From positions 70,618,001 through 70,682,000 of the forward strand of contig OZ024746.1 of assembly GCA_964016885.1 (NCBI GenBank): a stretch of 64,000 bases of DNA, written 5' to 3'. Shown in pieces: positions 47,301-56,300 of this stretch; positions within the stretch are counted from its first letter, which is position 1, and every line of letters starts with the position of its first letter. A model generated the notes under the pieces. The model was not told the origin of the DNA and did not search any database. It worked only from the letters and a program-made list of their open reading frames with translations. Made by a program: the position numbers and the translations under genes. Origin of the DNA: Eledone cirrhosa (lineage: Eukaryota).

Positions 47301-50300
47301 TCCCACCAACACCACCCTCTCTCTGTAAAGTTGGTCCCACAACATCCAGTCCAAATAAATGAGATCGAGATCGTGTAGGTGTCACGAGAAAAAAACACAC
47401 AGTCCACGCTGTAATGTGGCCGTGTAGGTAACACGGTAAAAAGTTCCCAGTTCCACACTGTAAATGTGGTTGGTGTTAGGAAGGGCATCCAGCCATAGAA
47501 AACCTGCCAGATAGTCCTATATGAGCGAGACACGGTCACCCGACCAACCTTGCCTCAAGTGGGACAACTCCCATCTAACCCATGCTAGCGTGGAAAATGG
47601 ACGTTAAACGAAGATGATGATGGCATCAGTTAGGTATTGGGGAATACAAGTCAAAACTGCTTGTCGTTTAAATATAACAAACCAACTGAACAGTTAAATA
47701 TAGCTTTATAAGCAAACAAAACAAGAAGGCTTTAAATTCTAAAATCAAATGAGCATTGCTGAATTAAAAAAAGTATAGATATCAAACCTTCATTAACAAT
47801 ATAAGTTGCAGCATCTGGCCCTAATGTGTCATACAAAGGGATGAGGACCATTGAATACATATAGCAACCTTGTTCAGTGAGGAAAAACTGAAAACAAAAA
47901 TACGTTATATATAGAGGTTTAAATCAATAAAAATTAGATGGCATGTTATGTTGAGTATGTAATTTACATAAACAATAGAATGATAGAACACACCACCAGT
48001 GGTGATGTCTAACAACTTATAAAGTAACAAAAATGGAAAGATATTTTTAAAAATAAAAACATTTGAAATGTAACTTTACAAACCTCAGGATTATTTTGAG
48101 AATATATTCCAATGTGTGTATTATTTGCAGGTGCTTGTCCTACTTTTATAAGCCCAGCTCCTACATTTGCTGCTCTAACCAATACCTGAAGTAAAAGAAG
48201 GGGAAAAATTATAATTAGTAGATATGTATAAAACTCCACATAAGGCAGTGAATTGGCAGAATTGATAAAAATGCTTTGCAGTATTCGTTTCAGCTCTCTG
48301 CATTCAAATCCTGCCAATGTCAACTTTGCCTTTCATCCATTCTAAGTCGATAAAAAAAAGTACCAGTTAAGTTCTGGGGTCAATTCTTCTGCTATCTCTC
48401 TCTCTCACTTCCATTCTTTCAATTTCTATCTTTCTCTGGAAGAAATCTTGTTTTCAGACCTGGGATGATTAGGCTCTTTCAGGTTTAAAATATGCCCTTG
48501 AAACACCATATGTCAATATGGTGACCCTACGACTCCCACAAGAGATATGGGACCATACATACATGCATAAAATGCCACATTTAGTATGTATTTATAAAAA
48601 CTCTACCTTATTGCATCATATGTCAGACATGGCAAATATCTAAGAGTGATAGAATTCTTTCAATATCAATCAATGTTTAACACCTGGCTCTTGGATACCT
48701 TTAGCAGAGTTCATGCTATTGCATGCATTGCAGCTAGGTCTTGGTTCTGAGAACAGTATCCACCTTTCCTATTACTAGACATGAAGGCCTTAAAAAAACA
48801 GCATGGGCACTAACCATCCTTTTCTGACTATGTCAATAAAAATTTAATCTTAAACCAAATTAAAATTCTTAAAGACTAATACAAAATTATTGTGTTCATT
48901 TTTTTTTTTTTACATAACTACAATATACTCTGAATTTCCAATGCTAATAATCTTTGAATAATTTTGAAAATATTCAAGAATTTAGAGTGATTTAGTAATA
49001 TAACTAATTTACTCATTATTAAGCTGGTGTTTTAACAGCCTGGGAGGATGAACAGTGGAGCTGACTTTGACAGGATTTGAACTTAGAATGTAAAAGGCTA
49101 TAATGAAATACCACAAGGTATGTTATGCATTATACTCTAACAACTTTTCCAATTCACCATTTCTTGCAGAAATTTGATTCCATCATGTAGAAGTTACCAG
49201 TGTTTTGGAATAAGAAATTACCAAAATGACCAAAAACAAAAAAACAAAAAAAAAAAAACAAGAGAGAGTTTCAGTATACAATTTAGTTGCAGGAATGTGG
49301 TCTAAATAGAGGTATTTTTTTATATGTAGATTATAAGGAATGCTCAACCCAGCATGAATATCAATTATTATTTTGGCAATAACTGCAAATTATCTCCATT
49401 CCCACTACCCCCCACACACACATATACAGTTCTACAGAGGCTCTGTAAAAAGGCTGCAATCAATTATGTTTCTCTAATATTAAAAATAAAACAGGGAAGG
49501 AGGAGGAAGGAAAAAATATATAAAAAAAGAAAATACACACAAACATACACTCATACACACACACATACATACGTACGTACACATATACACACAGATACAT
49601 ACACATACACACAGGCATCTATTTATTTGTTTATTTTTGGTAGTTGATTTACTTAAAATTCTTGATTCTCAACCTTTATTCGATTTGGACCTCCATTGGT
49701 TCCAACAATGACTACTCCAGTTGTTTCTACAACAAAACAACCTGTATGCAAAGTTAACATGCAAGTGGCTGAGCATTCCACAAACACATGCTCCCTTAAC
49801 ATAGTTCTCAGGGACATTCAGTGAAACACAGAGTGTGACAAAGTTGGCCCTCTGAGATAAATGTACAACTCATTTTTGCCAGCTGAGTATCCAAGAGAAA
49901 CTTCAAAGGCCAGGACTACTTAAGATGCATTAAGGATAATAGTGAAAGCTTGGAAAAAACAGAGAAAATCTTAGTGAAATCAGACAAAACTAATAACCTT
50001 TATGGAGTACAAAAGGACATGTATAGTAAGGACGAACTGGAAAAAATGAATACAGAGGCATCTTGTATAATGCATGAATTAGACATTGAGAATAAAACAC
50101 AACCCTTCATGCCTAGGAAACCCAAGATCAATATGAAAGATCACAAAAGAAACTTTGAAAGTGATTTGCCAGTCAGATTGATTGCACCATCAAAATCTGA
50201 CCTGGGAAAACTTAGCAAAAACATTCTAGACAGGGTAATACAACAAATTAAAAACTTACATAATTTACCTTACTTAAAGTTATGGAAGGGGACTGGTGAG

Positions 50301-53300
50301 GTTATTGAGTGGTTTAAAGAAATTAAATATAACTATAATAATAAGTTTATTCAGCTGGATATTGCTAACTACTATTCATCTATCACTCCTAATCTACTGA
50401 ATAAGGCACTAAATTACGCATTTAAACATACTGACCTAACTAGCAATGAAATGCACATTATATTATCGGCAAGGAAAACATTGATAGAATTTAATAACCA
50501 ACTATGGACTAGGGCAGATAGAGATAATAATTTCGACATAACTATGGGATCATCAGACTCAGCTCAGGTAACGGACCTTGTGGGCCTATTTATAATTAAT
50601 TCGCTACATAGAAAAATACCAGGTGTAACCGGAGGATTATATCGTGATGACATGCTTTTACTTATTGAAAATAATAGCTGTCAACTAAATAGAAAAAGAA
50701 AACAAATTATACATTTTTTTTATTACCTTAATCTAAAAATAGAAATAGAGAATAACCATAGAATAGTCAATTTTCTGGATGTAACACTAAATCTCAACAC
50801 ATGTCTTCATTATCCATTTCACAAACTAAATGAGAACTTGAATTATGTCAATTTTAACTCTAATCACCCCAGATCTGTTAAAAATACTATAGTGAACTCT
50901 GTTCAAGAACGAATTTCAAGAATTTCATCTAATAAAAATATTTTTGATGAAAAAGCGCAGTATTACAATGAAGCGTTAGCTAGAGCAGGATATAGAGATA
51001 AAATTAAATACATCGATAATAATAATAAGCAAACTAACCAAAATAATAACAATTTTAATTACGGTAACAACTTTAACAACTATAATAGAAAACATTACAA
51101 TAATTCCAAAAGCCGAAAAAGAAATAGAACTAGAAATATATTATGGTTTGCCCCCCCTTTCTCACTAAATATTAAAACCCATATTGCTAAACTATTCTTT
51201 AATGCTCTTGACAAACGCTTCCCTAGAACACATAAATATCACTCAATTTTTAATAGACACACTATAAAATTAACTTACTCGTCCACCAAAAATTTAGCAC
51301 AAAATATTAACAGAATTAATAATAGGAATTTAAAACCTAACCAAAATACCAATAATAACCCAAACAATATTCAATTAAATAACTGTAACTGTAGAAATAA
51401 ATCTAACTGTCCGTTAAATAACAACTGCTTAGCTAAAAATGTAGTGTACAATTGTAATGTTAAAACTAATTTAAATTCTTTCAACTATGTTGGTTCCACC
51501 TCGACAGAATTTAAACTTCGCTTCAATAATCATAAGAATTCTTTCACAGATCCAAAAAAAAAATCCTCAACTTCGCTATCTAGCCTACTCTGGCACCTTA
51601 AACGAGATAATGTTAAATATTGTCTCAAAAGGTACTCCTTTTAATTCCTCTTCAGAGAGTTGTGATCTTTGTATAGAAGAAATATTCTTTATATTAAAGT
51701 CCAAAAATTCCCTTAATTTAAGGAGCAATTTATTCAGTTGCTGCAGACATAGATTGAACTCAACGTTTAAATATAAATATAAATTTAAAATGTAGTATAA
51801 TTAATTAAGAAATTTAGTTAATATATGAAACCTGACGATAAATCATTAGATTCCTTCACCTTTTTCTTTTTAAACTTTCTTCCTAAATATAAACAAGGAT
51901 ATAATAAACTATTCTAAAATGTATATGCTCCCAATGTATTAAATAAAATTTACGTAAGATAAATTTCTATACTAAATATAAGGGCATCCATAGAATCACT
52001 GGGTCTTCTAAATCTTTTAAATTATTTTTATTTTTTTTATTTGTTTTTGACTCCGATAGTTTCATATGTCTACCCTTGCAATATCTTGTTTGAGATATAG
52101 GTAGGATAGATTTCTATAATAAATATATAAAACATATTATTTTAACTTGAGATACTCTATAGTGTTTTAAAGATATTTAATGCTTTGATATTTCTATATT
52201 AATATATGGATATTTGATTATCTCTATACAAAGGCCATATATGTGTATTAACATGTATATAAAAGGTTTATAGGGTTTATTTATGTGTTCGTATATATGT
52301 CTGGAAAACTCACGCAGATATTTATTTATACATATGTATGTGTGTGTATATGTTGATGTGTGTTGCAGATATGCATAATATTAAATACATGAACGGTAAT
52401 CATATATATGAGGACATGAATATTAATCGTATTTTTATGTATATATACTGTGAAATTTTTATAACACAAGAAATGTATAGAAGTGATCAAGTGAAATCAT
52501 TTGTGTGTCTATATTATTGACTGGAGTAGACATAATTTCTCTTTTTTTCAGGACTGGAGTAGACATAATTTCTCTTTTTTTCAGGACGTACATATGCGTA
52601 TATATATATATACATATGTCTATCCGTATTTTTATAAATAGGGTATTTTTTGAAGGTTTTAACTCAGATTTTGGTATATTGACCTCAAGGTTTTAAACTA
52701 AACATATGGTCATTATTGAACAATGTTATTTTCTCATATATATCTATGTCCAATTCATGAATATTGATATTTACATTTTTATTATTCATTTCATATGAAT
52801 TGTTAACTCAACTTAATATGACATGACGTAAAGTTGTCACTATATCCTCCTCTCTCTTGAGTTTCTCTATCTGTATGATGAATTATTATCTCACTGTTGT
52901 TTTCTTTTGTTTTTCTTATTTCTTCCTTTTTTCTTTCTTTTTTTTCTTTTTTTCTTTTTTCTTTCTTTTTCATTTCCTCTTATCTATTTATATCTTTCTT
53001 TTCTGCATACATTCCTCTCTCTCTCCGGTATTTCTCCAGGTTTTCTTTTTCTCTCTCCTTCTCTCTCTCCGTTTTTTTCTTTCTCTCCATCTTTTTCTAA
53101 CTGTGCTTAACACTATAACTAATAAAATAATTATAAACATCTCACTATCCAGACAGCTTCCAAAAATAATGGTTGCATCTAATAGGGTACATCAAAATTA
53201 TTTATAAAACTGTTTATATATTGTATTTTGTCTGATGAAGGCATACCATATTTTAATTTGGTATCCCTGAAATATGTATAATGAAATAAATATGGTTTTA

Positions 53301-53329
53301 TAAATATAGTTTCCATTTATTTAATATCG

Positions 53330-53386
<57 letters not shown>

Positions 53387-56300
53387 ATAACATTAAAAAA
53401 GATGCTGATATTACATAAATCGTTTATTTATTGTAATTATTTCAATGGTTCCCTTATGCAACCCACATTGTAATGTATATATTTGTTGTATATGTAGCTT
53501 CAGATAAAAATACGAATATGTGATATTGTGATATGCCGTAGGCGAAAAAAATAAGCATGTTCTTTTTCTTGTGTGCCCGGCAAACAGAGTTTTTTTTTTT
53601 TTACCAAAACAACTTTTACTGAGCATATATATATAGTTAGTACATTTTAATTCAATTCTTTCTGGTTATGTATTTTCCGTTTGTTTCATAGATCATATAC
53701 TTCGTACCAAAGTGTTTTTTTCTGCCCTTATAATTCTAAACACACATTTTTCTGTGTTTATTTCTATATATTATATATATATATATATAGGAAAATGTTC
53801 AAGACCCCGACGCAGAGCTCAAGCCGTTTCGACAGCTATTTCTGGTCCAGAAATAGCCGTCGGGGTCTTGAACATTTTCCTATTACCCACTCTACTACCA
53901 TAAGTATTGAGTATTCTGGTGCGTTATGGTCCACCTGGTTCCTTACCACACTTCCTTTGTTATACATTATATATATATATATATATATATATAAACAAGT
54001 TTAAGTGAGTTGATAATACAACCATATAGAAGCAACGAAAAATTTTAAAGCTTGACTTAATTTTATAGTCCACAGCAGGATAGGTAAAAAAACAGTTCAA
54101 AGTTAATCCAATGACTAAATTTCCAGTCTCTGTAGTATTACAATCTCACAGGCACATGGCAATGGAGGCACATGGCTTAGTGTTTAGAGCATTGGCCTTG
54201 CAATCGAAAGGTTGTGAGTTCAATTCTCAGACCGGGTGATGTGTTGTTTCCTTGAGCAAGACACTTTATTTCACATTGCTCCAGTTTACTCAGCTGTAGA
54301 AATGAGATTCCACTGCAAAGTGGTCATGGAGGTGCCACGGTAAAAAAAGCACCCAGCCCACACTGTAAAGTGGACGTGTAGGCGCCATGGAAAAAAAGCA
54401 CCCAGCACTCACTGTAAATGAGGTTGGTGTTAGGAAGGGCATCCAGCTGTAGAAATCAAGCTAGAATCAGTTCCTGTCCCACCCTTGAAAGCAGGGAAAA
54501 GCGACGTAAAATGAAATGATGATGATGATGATGATGATATATATATAAAAACAAAAGATTAACAAGATTCCCCAATAATATTTGTATGCCATTGTTTATG
54601 TTTTTCACTCTTTTCCCTCACTGGAATTCTAGAACATGTAAGGTATTTATCATGGAGTCAATTTAATCTACTTTACCCTTCCCACAAACTGCTACCCTTG
54701 TGCCTAAATTTGAAATCTTTTTTATTTTTTTTTTTCAAAGAATGATTCAAGAAAGGATTCCTTTTAAAATAGGAGTGTTCATTTGAATGTTCCAAGAAAA
54801 AGAATTAATAGTTATAGTTCATTCATAATATATATGCTGCATTAGAACTTTGAGCAGAATAATGATGCAACCAGACTTCAATTACTCAAAATGCTGTCAT
54901 ACATTAATTATATTATGAACATAATTCTTATGCCCTGGTCAGGATAATGAAAAAAACAGTGAAGTTTTGATACCAAGTAGATTTAGTTGAGCAAGCTAAT
55001 GGTGGCAAAGCAATAATTTAGAAAAAAGTTTACAGCTAGCTTACATTCATTTTAGCTAAGTCTTTCATTCTGAATAACAAATAGGAGAATTACACTGTTA
55101 ACCCTTTAGCTTTTAAACTGGTCGTATCCGGCCAGAATTCTCTCGCCTCTTTCTGTTCAAACCAGCTGTAACCAGCTGCTTATACTTATGTTAAGATATT
55201 GTTTTCAAACTATATAATATCAAAATCTTACAGATCTGATATTATGTGAGATAATGTGTTTACTAAGAAAATACAATAGTAAATATAGAGTAATGTAAAT
55301 GCTAAAGGGTTAAGGAGTGAAAACTTGGAGTAGAACTTATAAATACTTGTGAAGTACTGAAATCATTGTTGTCAATACCACTACCACTATCGCCATTTTA
55401 TGTCTTCTTTTCTATGCTTACATGAGTTGAAAAGCTCTTCTCCAGCACAATTTTCCTCATCATTTTACATTGTTCATGCACATTAACTGTTACACAACCA
55501 TCAGAACATGCTCACTTCATTTCTCTCCATCCTTTACATATCCATTGCATCCACCACCTATATCTTACTGTTATGTAATATCTCTGCATGCAAGTATTAT
55601 ACAATCTACACTTTACTCATAGAAAAAATCCCTTTGCTGTCAACAGAGGTAACAGTTCTCGGAACATTTTTCATCATGTTGTTATTCTGACTATTATTCT
55701 ATCAAAGCAACCTCTTCCACTGCTGATAAGATCACCTAGGTAACAGAAGCTTTCAACCATTTCTATGGAACTTTTCTGCAATTGGAAAAAGTTTATTTCA
55801 CTGGTCATCATCATAACTTTATGTCTACTTTTCCTGCTCTCACAAAACAACTATCCCTGTGAACCTGCTACATATGTAGTCTACCTTTTCTGGCTATCGA
55901 GAATGGCCAGTTACCAATTAATATTAGAGACTTGTCATGATTTTAGCATGTTATTTTCTAACTGGATGTTCTTCCTATCACCAACCACTTTTACAGAATG
56001 GACTGGGTGCATTTTATCATGTCACCAAGACTTGAGTGTCTCCTCTACACTGTATCAATTTTTATTTGGAATCACTGCTCTCCTAGACAGGTTGCCTTCA
56101 TTACAGCTTACAACATCCATCTCTCCTCTGTGCAAGTATTTATTCAGGTCAGTCTTAATTGAGCAGGCATATAATCAAAAGCATTCTAGCAGTTAACATC
56201 GTATATTTTCCCTCTTATATGCAAGGAATTCTGAACCACATTATCCAATATGTCTTCTTTTTTTTTTAAGACATATTAGGGAGTGATTTGAGGGGTGTCT

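Larger units (their letters stand above)
49890..53330 (+). mobile_element. Penelope-like element (RT + C-terminal GIY-YIG), Hydra-clade-like, 5'-truncated
   Basis: ORF 49950-51644 plus a frameshifted tail to 51795. RT motifs [50 protein letters not shown]. Asn-rich linker, CNCx5CP, VVY...YVG...[15 protein letters not shown]. About 1.5 kb of 3' region ending in a hammerhead and (TA)n. Confidence 0.93.

Noticed and set aside
52857-53207. Phe/Leu/Ser-rich ORFs resembling membrane proteins
   Set aside because: Translations of a pyrimidine tract in the PLE 3' region.
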